A DNA stretch of 64,000 nt from Takakia lepidozioides (lineage: Eukaryota > Plantae > Bryophyta), in the NCBI GenBank assembly GCA_030704615.1, contig CM060732.1, forward strand, positions 46,004,001 through 46,068,000, given 5' to 3'. Position numbers and translations under genes: made by a program. Positions 1 to 12,000 of the stretch are shown here, piece by piece. The notes under the pieces were generated by a model. The model was given only the letters and a program-made list of their open reading frames with translations, was not told the DNA's origin and searched no databases. Position 1 is the stretch's first letter. Each line of letters starts with the position of its first letter.

Positions 1-859
1 CATACTACTTTGCTATGCACCTCTGCTCAGAATTCCCCCACGACGTTGACCATGTCAATGACAATCTCATACATGGAGTTCTCCATGATACCATCATGAC
101 CTCACTATAGGATTTATAAATGGAATTGTTGTCCATGGGTTATATATATAGCCTTGGACATTGGTTACAAGATAATACTTGGGCAAGAGATCGAGCATAA
201 TCGTGTTCCAAGGCAACTTCAGCAAATTTTAACTTATTTTCTGAACTTCATTGACCTAAGAAATATCATGTGGTTTCCACAAGTATTGGGCAGTTATTTG
301 TTCTAATAACCGGCGGTAACTACCTATATATATATATACATGAGCATCAGGTGAAAAGATAAGTAACTGGTCTAGTAAGGAACCAGTGGAGGTTGTAGGA
401 GGTTGGTAGCGCATGAGCACGTTGGCGTGAGCTTGCTTACTCGAGCAGATAGGCATATTCCATATATTCCCTAAAAATCCTAAAAATATGTCGTAGCGAA
501 ACTAAACGGCACTCATGCAAAAAACATTACGCAATTATCCAAAATCTCATGAAAACCGTGCTCACGCGACAAAACCACAAAACTAATTGTGATTTTGTCG
601 CACAAACAAGGCGGCGCCTTGTCTCTCTAGCAGCGGGAAACACCGCTGTGAATGCAGTGACATCTTCCCTCCTCTGGCTTTTAATTTTAGCATTGGCATT
701 TGTGCTGGGAAGTCTCTCTCCCCCCCTTCTATTGCCTTGCGAGTTTGCCTGCTTTGCTTCATTGCTCATGTGCTTTGTGGAGCCGACTTGCCGTGGGTGG
801 TGATGGCGCATAACCCTCTTCCCCAATCGCTTAAGGTGAGCATGGTTCTTTTCTATATG

Positions 860-1445
860 TTTAAAATGGAAGACAATAGGAATAATGTAAGAACTTAATG
901 GACGCATGTGATCTGACGGTACTTTCGCCGGATTCCGGTAGACTGGGCTCCTCCGGCGGGGCCCCTGTCAAATCCTCCCCACCCACTCAGTTTCACTATT
1001 AAGTACTTTAGAATCCAAGTGAGTTGTAAGTTGTGGTGGGTAGCAAGATGGTAAGGTGATAGCCTTACAGCCGGCGAGGTTTATGGTTCGATTCTTGATG
1101 GGAGGCGCTTGTAATGTAACCCCGGTAGTGTAACCCTCTATAACCCTGGTTTCTCATGTAACTCTGAGTAGTCCATTTTAAACTTAACCAAATTTGGACT
1201 TGGTCAAATTTCGAGACCAAGTCTGAGTTACACCAAGAGGAGTTACACTCCATTCTGTGTAACCCCGGGTGGAGTTACACACCTCGTCGTGTAACCCCGA
1301 CTCGAGTTTACACTCCTTCAGTTCCATGTCACTCTCAAGAGAGGGTGGGGAAGATTTGACATGCCGGGAACCGGCGTACCATCCTGTCAGAGGTTGCACG
1401 TGTGCATTAAGTTCTTACATTATTCCTATTATCTTCCGTTTAAAA
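860..1445. mobile_element. Foldback/MITE-like element with ~105-130 bp imperfect terminal inverted repeats
   Basis: 860-988 (tttaaaatggaagacaataggaataatgtaagaacttaatg...tgtcaaatcctccccaccc) is the reverse complement of 1341-1445 (gggtggggaagatttgaca...cattaagttcttacattattcctattatcttccgttttaaa). The interior carries many gtaaccc/gagttacac motifs. No coding capacity; no TSD identified. Confidence 0.6.
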
Positions 1446-1580
1446 TTATATTTGCACACCATGTAGACGCTATTAATGCATAAAGACCGTATGTCATTAT
1501 ATGTATTTTCGCTTGCATACATCGTCCCCATAATCGTGGATTCTGCTCACGCCGGGTTTTGTTTTTGCTCACACCGTTTT

Positions 1581-1896
1581 GTGCTCACGCCATACCAATC
1601 CCCGGTGGCAGTGGGCATCCAACTAACCGGCCAAAGAACCTTTAAAAGAACCGCCCAATGTGTGCTCACGCCATACCAATCCCCGGTGGCAGGGCATCCA
1701 ACTAACCGGCCAAAGAACCTTTAAAAGAACCGCCCAATGTGTGCTCACGCCACCAATCCCCGGTGGCAGTGCGCATCCAACTAACCGGCCAAAGAACCTT
1801 TAAAAGAACCGCCCAATGTGTGCTCACGCCACCAATCCCCGGTGGCAGTGCGCATCCAACTAACCGGCCAAAGAACCTTTAAAAGAACCGCCCAAT
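1581..1896. repeat. Minisatellite, 4 copies of a ~79-81 bp unit
   Basis: Unit gtgctcacgcca(ta)ccaatccccggtggcagtg(g/c)gcatccaactaaccggccaaagaacctttaaaagaaccgcccaatgt starts at 1581, 1662, 1741 and 1820. Confidence 0.95.
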
Positions 1897-2569
1897 GCTC
1901 GTCGGGTTTTTGCTAGTAACTGAAACTGGAGGTTATCTCTAGCAATAAAATATTGTAGAATAACCATTCAGGGCCTTCCAAATGGAAGGCTGTAGCTTGG
2001 GGGTAGAGTGACAGCTTTTTTATTTATTTTAAAAGGGGAGGGACAAATAACCATCAAATGGTCGTCGGTTCACATACCACATGATTTGCATTCTACAAAA
2101 CAAGTGTGTTCACATGTGGATATTGGGTTGTGCCCAAACCAGCGTTTTTTTTTATTCGCGAATTTTCGCCAGATTTCGACCTCCAAATATAAAATAGAAT
2201 ATTCTGTCACAAATCCCCTATTTTTTCGTGGATGAAATTTGGCAAATTTCTCCAAATAAAAAATAAATTATGGATGAATTTGCCAAATATAGATGATATA
2301 AATGGATTATGGTACAGAGGTTGATGAATTCAGTGGATGACCAGATTGTGCCGCTATTTTCTGCAAAACTCTGTAGCCGCTCGTGCTGTTTTCCAAATTT
2401 CTTAAGAAAGACACTGGCCCCAAACATGATTCTGGTAACATGCCACATCGTCCAAACAGGCTTAGCTGAATCAATACAAGGGTGGCATCACATAATTACT
2501 TTAGTCACATTGATTACATTATAGTCCCATGATTAACTCTTGTGACTTGAAATCGATGCAATAATGCAA

Positions 2570-3480
2570 TCCCCATTATGAATACGGGGCCTCCCACATG
2601 TGAATCTATAAGCTATACAAAGTTTATCTTTTATGTTTATTTTGTCATTTTTTAAAGAGAAACACAAGAGAGCGACCGCGGCTCACAAATCAGGCCCCTT
2701 TCAGTATAGTGACAGGAGAAAATAACCTCTTTCATAGTAACCTTGCCATTCGGCGCGGCCGACTGTGACAGGGCTCATGGGACACTGCCCATAGGTTATG
2801 CCACATCCGACAAGAGTCACCTGGGTGGCACTATGCACTATCCACCTGAGCTACCAACTGTTGGTCCCATTATGAATATTGGGCCTCACATGTGAATCTG
2901 TAAATTCACAAGGTGAGTCGCTAAACAAAGTTTGTCTTTTTATGTTTGTAGATGAAGTCACAAATGTCCTAATAACAGTGCCAAAGGTCCAAGTCAAGAG
3001 CGACAAACTAAGTTATTGCTTAAGTCAGGCCCATTTTCTTAAGCTTGCTAGCAAGTCATTTTTTCTTGCTATATATATTTTCAACAGTAACCTCGTTATG
3101 AGTGACACACAGCCCAAGAGAAAATTATACTACACCTAAAAGGTGGCAAGAGAGTCACCTTGGTGGCACTCTCAATGCACCATCCAGCTGAGCTATCCAC
3201 CTCTTATGAATACGGGTGAATCTATAAATTCACTGGCGAGTTGCTAAGCAATATTTCCTTTTTTGGAGAACCAAGATTTTATCCAAGGGGAAGAAAATCC
3301 TTCATGTTTGTCATCCCAAGATGAAGTCACAAATAATTTCCTAATAATAATGCCAACTCACTCTCATATTATTAGTAACGGTCCAAGTCAAGAGTTACAT
3401 AGTATTGCTTCAGTCATGCACACATATTTTTCTTAAGCTTGCCAGCAAGTCTTTTTTGTGCTTCTGAAAGCATTCTTGGC
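2570..3480. repeat. Degenerate tandem triplication, ~300-340 bp period
   Basis: ttatgaatac/tgggc..gtgaatct recurs near 2575, 2870 and 3204; aagagtcacc..ggtggcact...cactatccac/gctgagcta recurs near 2812 and 3150. Confidence 0.6.
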
Positions 3481-3664
3481 CATATATATGTATATATCTA
3501 CATCCTTTTTCAACTGTGCATTTGGGCCTCCGTCGCCTTTTTCAACTTAAGCAAAGAAAAAACATGACAACTAATATACCTGATTTTGGCGGTTAAATTG
3601 TTCCTGTAATTTTGATTTTAACAGATATTAGGACGGATAAAGGAACAAGCAGCTAGCGATATAT

Positions 3665-4110
3665 CAGGCCACCTCTTTGCGAATAGTGGAATCTATTTTC
3701 CATAAAACTTGATATTTCATCCATTTGTTCCTCATAAGTTGTTCAAGTAACAGAGATGTTACCTGGAAAAGGCTACACTAGGGAAGTACTTCGTTTTCAG
3801 CAAAGGTGAAGGCACAACAAGGTGCTTAGTGATTTTTGACACTGCCCACATGGTCTCCTTGGCTACCCTTGAGCCAACAAGCGACTAGTCGCATATGGCT
3901 CCTCTTTGTGAATAATGAAATCTACTTTCATCCATAATAAACATTCATCCATTTATTTCTCACAAGTTGTTTAATACCAGAGATATAACCTGAGAGAGGT
4001 GTTACCTGGAGAAGGCACAGAAGGAATGATTTCTCAACAAAGGAGAGGTGGTGACACTTGGGAAGGCACAGCAGGGGCTTAGCCTTTTTTGACACTGATG
4101 CATAGGTACC
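3665..4110. repeat. Degenerate tandem duplication, ~230 bp
   Basis: ggc(c/t)cctctttg(c/t)gaata.tg.aatcta...ttcatccattt.tt.ctca.aagttgtt...gttacctgga.aaggc occurs near 3667 and 3897. Confidence 0.6.
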
Positions 4111-6002
4111 AGTCCCTCTTTAGAATAAAGAGAAGCCAATAAATATATGTACTATGTGGGGGTATGCAACTTGTTTTCATCATGTTATGGGTGGTGTGAA
4201 AAAGGACCTGCATATAAATGGCCATGCAGCAAGAGGAAAAAACCAAATAAAGAACCCAGGTCCACAAAAAGACTTAGTTGGATTTCATTCTTTCCTTCTG
4301 TCCCTTTTCTTAAGAAAAAAAAATAAAAAAAATCCTTTCATAATCCCTTTCAGTTGAAGTTGGGGTTGTCAATTCCGGCCGGCTGCATGAGAAGAAAAGC
4401 CCCCAAGTGAGGAAAAACAAAGAACCCACAAGTGAGGAAGAGTGGGGGTGGGCGAGGGAGGTGTGGGGGTAGCTGCACCGCCTCCGTAGCAACCTATAAC
4501 AACAGTGACATGCGTGGGCCCATAAGGCCAAGATCCTTCGAGCCCACTAGGGTAGGGCTTGGTTTGCTCTTTGTGATTGGCGCTGTCGATGGATTCACGG
4601 ATCTGATTCATGAATGCCATGCGTCAGACTTGACCGGACTTCTCTGAAAACCGAAAGAGAAGGAAGGAAAAGCAAGTTGGATTAGTGTGCATGTATGTGC
4701 ATGTACAGAGGAGAAGAGGGAGAGGAGGGTGGGCCCGGAGTGAGTCTGACATTTCAGATGGGAAAGCGAGAGACGAGGCCTTACAAAACGGACATATTGC
4801 TGACATGGCCCATATGAGCATCCTAAACACTCGCTTCTTGGGTGCTGTTCTTCTTGCAGCCCTGCTGCTGCTTGGGTGAGGAAGAATGCAGCTGCAGTGG
4901 TGGTGACAAGCTGCCATCTACCTCCAGCCGGTCACCTGCAACTGTGTCTCGGAGAGTAGTTTTGTTGGGTCCCTCTCTGTTGCGGAATCTCTTTCGCACG
5001 GGCTGGAGATTGGAGAATTCTTGGAGGGAGGGCGTGTGTAGAGGCGAGCACCCACCGCCTGATCTCGTGTTCAGCTTGCTTTCAAGCAGGTCGGCAACGG
5101 ACCTGTTGGGGTGCCCTTGTAGGAAAAAATTGCGTGCACCCAGCCAAGGAATTCGGCAGCATTCTCACTCTAGGGGGATGGTGATGGCTTGCAGTACATC
5201 TCGATTCTTCCAATTGGGAAGGTGGCTGCTCGCTGTTCCTCTGTGCGTGTTTCTTCAAGCATTGTATCCCCGTCTCGTCCGTGTTGTTGTGCTTGTTTTT
5301 GTTTGTCTTTTACTCCGGACCTCTTCCTTATTGGAGGCGGGTAGGCTCCTTTTCGTTGTGGTTTTTCAAACGTTGATCCTTCTCTGCTTCCCTTCCATGT
5401 TCTGACAATCGTTCGAGAAAGTACATTGTTTCTCTGTCTCATGGTTGCGATCCAGTCGATCGAAGGAGTTCCCCCTCGCAATTCCGTTGTCTGTCTGACG
5501 TTTTCGCAGCTAGTGTTTCCAATCCCTCGATTGAAAGTTTTCATTACTATCTTTAGAGTTCATCAGCGATTGAGATGAAACTGAAGGGAGTTCTGCCTGC
5601 CTTGCCACAGTTCTTTGAAAGTTGTTTACAAACCAAAGCGGATCCAAATGCATATACCGCATGGATTTATTGAGTGCCCATCTATTGCACCTCAGTACGA
5701 ATTGTCGAGGAATTTCTGAAGAATGGTTAATTCTTGTGCAATTTGACCTTGGTCATCTTGTTTAGCTGTAGGTCGGATGATGAGTCGGAAGACCCAGTTT
5801 TGGGGTGCTTGGGTTGATGTTTTGTAAACTGGTATACAAGCACTCACAATGCATGAATATCATATGGATGAAAGTGCACTCAGTTTTCAACTCCTGTCTG
5901 ACAACTCTCTTCTGCCATGATTGTCTCGAAGTGGCCACTCATTTTTGATGAATTTGCAGGTAGTGAGAGAATCAATTTTGTCAGTCGCTTGAGGGTGAGC
6001 AA

Positions 6003-9000
6003 ATGGGCTCCCGCAGCTCTAAGTCCAGCTCCGGACCTTCAGATGAAGGCTTACATATTGAAATCCAAGGTCAGCTGTTCAATGAGATTATCTGCTTTAC
6101 TCTCTTCTCTGCTCTTGGCAACAACTGATGGAATCGATGGGGGTTTCCTGTTATTTACCTTTGTCCTATGGGACCTGTAGTCCTCTCTGGATGTATAGTT
6201 CGTTTATTTCTCTTCCCTGTAGTGATTCAGGTCTGGTTTCACCTTTACGAACTTTGATCGATGTTTGCCTTTCTACATTGTTATTCTAATCTGTCTCCCT
6301 GGCCAATATGATCAATTCTTCTTATACTTCTCTTGGAGAAGTGATTTAGTCTGTCTTTCTATTGGTTACAGCCACCATGTATGTTACACAGGCTCTCTCT
6401 CCATTTTTTTTGGGTGAAACGGGGCAAATCCTAATTTGTGTGGAAAATCACTCTCTGGCTCTCATCTCGCTCCCATTTGTTCCTAAAAAATGCATGTGAT
6501 TCATTTCTGGGAATGATGTTCTTAACAGTCGCTTTCATTTAGTTAATGGTGGGACAGAGACTGAGAGCAAGCAATCTCAAGACATATCTAGGAAGCGGAA
6601 GAGGGATGTATTGGATGAAGTGGAATGGCTGGATGAGGATAGGGATGATCCGTTGTTACTTTCAAAGGTGAAGACAAGAGCTAATAAAAAAAAGAAGGTG
6701 AAGAAAGTCCATATGACTTCAGTAACCAAGGTCAGGAGAAAGCCGGCAGTCCAAGCAGCACCACGAGTGAAGGAGCTCATCCTGGTGAACCCGGAGGCCA
6801 AGGCTCGTCGGTAGGCTCTTAACCCAAGTATTAATGGAAGCCGTGGGTGCAACACTAGATTGTTGACTTCAGCTTGGATGAAATTCATGCTCCTATACTT
6901 GTATCCTTTGAGTCGGCCTTGAGGTTCAAATATATCCCACAAATCACATGAGGGGCAATGTCATTTGGTCTTGGCTTGTGTCACGCACGACATCTCAGGC
7001 ATCAGTTAGCAACTTGAAGAATACATCACGCATAAGCAAAGATCTGTCTTAGTGTTAAGTGCAGTTGTTATCGAAATTTCTTTAGCTATTATGTGACAGA
7101 CCCTCTGACAACGATCAACAACACTGTTCTAACTGATGATCTCCACCCTCTGGGTACTGTTGGTGCAATTACAGGTATCAGCTTGAGTTTCTGGAGAAAG
7201 CATTGCATCAAAACACAATTTTGTATTTGGAAACAGGGTGCGGCAAGACCTTGATAGCAGTGCTTCTGATAAAAGCTCTTGCAAAAAACCTTCGCATTGA
7301 CGGAGAAAAACGCATCGTTGTGTTTCTTGTACCAACGGTTCATCTTGTCCAACAGGTAAGTGAAATGAAATGAAATGAAATGGTACTTTATAACGTCCGC
7401 AGAAAGCTCAAAGAGAGAAAACAGAGAGAGAGAGAGAGAGAGAGAGAAGACTCTTGCCGAAGCTGGCGTAACTAAGAGCCACTTCGCCTTGTGGTTACTG
7501 CCACTTTTCAGGGGTGGGTGAGAGAAAACAAATTATGCAGAGGCAGGGAGATGAAATGAAATGAAATGGTACTTTATAACGTCCGCGGAAAGCTCATAGA
7601 GCTTATGGGACAAAATGGAAACATGAGAGAGGAACAAGTCCAGAAACCACAATTAATGTTCTAGCGAATGTCGAAGGGTGAAAGCCTCGTGCAGGTAGGC
7701 TGCCAAGCATTTTTGATCCTCATAGTGGAAGACATCAGTGAGAGTTTGGTTTTGCACTGATAGTGGAATCTCCCACGGATCTCGTAGTATAGAGGGCAGT
7801 AGAAGAAGAAGTGTGCTTCAGTTTCGAGTTCCTGGCTGCGCCCTATGCAAGCTGGACATAGGCGGTCCTCCCGTTGCAGGTTTTCCCATCTGCCAGTCTC
7901 TATCCGTAGGTTGTGGGAACCCACCCTGAACCGCCCCAATGCCCTCAGGAGGGAAGGAGATAAGGATGCTGGAAGGTAATTTGCTCTCAAGATTCTATTG
8001 TCGCGGAGCACCAAGAATGTCTCTCGATAGAAGTGGAGCTTTGTTGTGAGATTGGGTAGCTTCCAAGTTCTCTGGACATGTAATTCCATAAGCTCTCTCC
8101 TAATGAGTCTGTTGCGGTCATGTCTGGATGTGATGTCCACCTCATCTGGATTCATTGGTAATAGGAAAGCAGTAGAAAGTCCGTTACGTGAAAAGGAATG
8201 GTACTTATTAACGTCCGAAGTACCTAACTTTATAATGTCTAGGGAAAGATCAAAGAGCTTATGAGACAGGAGATAGCAGGAAATGAAATGGTACTTTATA
8301 ACAAAATGAAATGAAATGAACTGAAATGTTGCTTTATAACGTCCGCGGAAAGCTCTTAGAGCTTATGGGACAAAGTGGAAGGAAACATGAGAGAGGAGAC
8401 AAAAGAATAAAAAACTATTGTTTGAGTGATAAGTGGTACTTCGAGTGGTACTTTATAACGAAATGAAATGGTGCTTTATAACGTCCGCGGAAAGAAAGAT
8501 GTAGAGAGATTGAGTGTTCCCCGTGGAATGCTGGTGCCGCTGTATCCTTGAGGGCTAAGTACTTGATGAATGTAAACTCTTCTGGAGCCAGTTCTACCCA
8601 CCCACCAGGGTAGCCTACCATAGCACTTGCACACAGCCAACAGCACTTTAGTTGCATGGACTCAAGTGTGCTGAAAGATTGGTTGGTGTGGGGGGGGGGG
8701 GGACTAGACCTTTGGAGCTCAGTCACAGATGTGAGTCAGATTCCTGTAACTCCACTGCCAGTCACAAGGTACTGGGGGGAGAAGAGAGTAATTTAGTAGC
8801 TCCAAAGGAAACCCAAAGGGCCCATGGGACTGTATGTAAGTGCAAGAAAAAAGAATTTCAGGGATTTCAGCTGTTAAGTTATTCCATGTTATCATCTGGA
8901 ACTGAGATGCTTACCTAATCAATGTTTGGGCCAGCAATCAGATGTTGTCGAAATTCATACAGACTTGAAGGTGGGCCGGTATTGGGGTGACAAGGGCGTT

Positions 9001-12000
9001 GATTATTGGGACTTGCAAGTATGGCAGAAGGAGATCGCTCTGAACGAGGTATCCCATGCCCTTGTCTGTGAGAATTTTGAAAGTTCACTGCTGCAGTTGT
9101 TTGAAGGGCCTACTTCTGAGGACATACTCTTGATTGCTGGGTGATAATCTTGGGATAAATACAACTTGCCACGCAGTTTGACGGCCAACAATGTGTGCAA
9201 CCCCTGTCGGGAGAGTCGGCAGTATGTGTATTTATGGTGTTTGAGCTCTCACAGTAATTTTTCTTTAGAGACATTAATGGAAGTTGCAGAATGCCAGGCG
9301 TACTCACACATTCAACTTTGTGAGAAAATGAAACTACAGAATATCTAACGTACTAACTTATTTTGGCTGTGGATGGCTGCGGCTACTATCAACGCTTCAG
9401 ACAGCAGTTGGACAGACATGCTTGTGGTGAATTTATTTTTGGTCACCTAAGAGGTCTCTGCTTACATATCTCGTATTTTACCTGGCAGGTAATGGTGATG
9501 ACAGCACAAATATTTCTTGATGGGTTGCTTCATGGGTTTTTCAAACTCGATATGGTGGAACTCCTCATCCTGGATGAGTGCCATCATGCTACAAAGAATC
9601 ATGCCTATGCCAAAATCATGAGGGTTAGTTCTCATTCATCATGATCTTATATTTGAATTGGTCAGATGTTGTGTCTTTGCTGGTGCATGTTCTTTTGCTT
9701 TTGAGGGTAGGGTGGGGGAGTACAAATAGAACTTGGTTCTAGCATCTAGCATCACAGGGCTGGGAAGGTCACAATTCAACATAGCACCCTATTTATTTAA
9801 GTAGGTAGGGTTGCCTTGCTGTTTACGGAATGTATGAGGAAGAGTGGTAAGACTGTTCACAGATAACAGGGATAAGAGGCCCAAAATGTAGCCAACTATT
9901 AACATTGCCTTGGGTTGGCAGTGCCACCTTCCTGTCCCCAACATTATTATTTTGGGGTGCTAAGACTATTAATGGGGTGGTGGCTTGGTTTCTCTTGGTG
10001 GCAGACTTTCTATCATACCTCAACCTCAAGGAGGCCAAAGATCTTTGGAATGACAGCGTCACCAGTGACACGGAAAGGTGACACTGCTGTCTCCATTTCT
10101 TGCTTGGGCCATGGAGGGTGAAACTGAACTTGAAGAATTTGCTGAGATTGGAGTGAGACTAAGCAAGATGGTTCTGTTATTATCTTCCTTGTTCTTTGGT
10201 TATGCTGCGAGTATCAGTGGGAGATATGATGGACAGGATGTGCAGCCCTCTAAAGGTAAAGGATGCTTTTGTTTGGACAGGGGTGACCACAAGTAGCGAC
10301 TGTGCAGACGAGCTACAAAGACTGGAAGATATGCTTGATTCTAAGGTGTGCTTCTTTGGTCAACAGCCCCAGACAATCTCCCCCTCCACAAAGTGGTTTG
10401 TTAGAAGGATTGAGTCTCCTTTAGCATATTATCGTATTCCGAGTATTTGTGAAGCATTGGGTATCATCTACTTATGTTAGTGTGAAATGCCATGGAACTT
10501 AAATCACCTGGCATGATTACAGGTACTTGCTTTGAAAGATAGAAGCGAAGTGGAGGCATATGCACCCACTCCAAACATAATCACAAAACACTACAGCCCG
10601 CCGTTTTTCGATACCAAGCCTTATAAATTGCAATTGGAGGCCCTTAAAGAAAAGGTGGGAAAAAGCATTGCCTTACCCTGTTCTCCATGGATTAAGAAAC
10701 TCAATTTCATGTAATGACATGATGCACTGGCTGTTCTGACTATTAGTTGTCTAATCTGAAGTATTAGCTTTGAAGTACTTTAGTCCAATTCATGTTGGAT
10801 GGTATAGGTGGTGGTAATAATCTGCTGTCTAACATCTGCTTTTGAGAAGGCTGCAGTATCAAAAGTCCAGTGGATATGTAAATGGCGGAGACGAAGATGG
10901 GTTCAAAGACAAAGAGGAATTTGTTGTGAAGCTGCACAAGCGGATCGCCAAGCTTCATAGCAGCCTTGAATATTGTTTGGAGCAACTGGGCTTCTGGTGC
11001 ACCTACAAGGTAGGAGCCAAACCAAAGCACCCATAAAATTCTTTTTATGAATGGTAGTACCATGTGATGACATCTAACACTGGTCTTTGTGCTTTTTCAT
11101 ATCGAGGTATTGTCTAAGTTTGAGAGCCTCATGGAGATATGTCACCAGGCATCTCCATCAGGGATTGTCTGTCTCTGAAGAAGCAGTAGTAGTGGCCAAG
11201 GATATTGTAGTAGTGCAGATAGTGAAAGACAACATGTTCCTCAGTCTCAATCTCCTGGCTGCGTTGCCTAGCACATAAGTTTATTGTGTCCACAGGATGC
11301 TCAGAGACTAGTAGGACTAACCAGAGTATAGAGAGATGGGGTGTTGTGATACAAAAACAAAATAGAGAAGAAAGTTCTAAAACTTCTCCTCTTACCTTTG
11401 TGGCCTTGGGTGGACTTTGTGTAACCAGGCTGCCGATTATTGGCTGAAAGGTGATAGTCTAGACCATGACCTGGATACATATGTGGACATTGCCAATGCC
11501 CTCAAGAAACAGAAAGATGCATTTCTCAGGGAGGCAATGCAGGTGCTACAATCTGCTCTCCCGCAAGGTATGTGGATGTTCACACTTTTGGAAATGATTG
11601 TCTTGCAAGACAACATCTGCAAGGTCAAACCACATTCTGTTGCTTGCATCATTCTCCACAAAACTGGATTGAGTTCTAGAGCTGTGTATAGGTCAATGAC
11701 TAAGCTATTATGTCTGCATCCCATATCCCATCGATGAGCCTCACATGTCTCTTTAGTCGTACAAAAATCCACCTTAATGCATTCTGCACCATCTCTACCA
11801 TAAAGGCTTTGAATGCTCTCCCGCACACCCTTAGCCACCTCAATGGGGCTAGGCCTTAGTTGTGAAGTTGTTTAAACACTAGAGTGGGTACTGCTGTGCT
11901 AGGGAAGTTTAGGCAGATGATGACAGCCTGATGACTGGAATGCATCCTGCCAGTTGACAGAAATTGACTGGAATATGCCCATTTGGTGCACTTTGTAGCT

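Noticed and set aside
1581-1896. CRISPR-like array
   Set aside because: Units are contiguous with no unique spacers; eukaryotic context; a simple minisatellite.
4310-5544. Several ORFs upstream of DCL (e.g. 4369-4620 -, 4842-5405 +)
   Set aside because: No recognisable motifs; likely promoter/5' UTR. A divergent transcript cannot be excluded; no known miRNA or miR390 site recognised.
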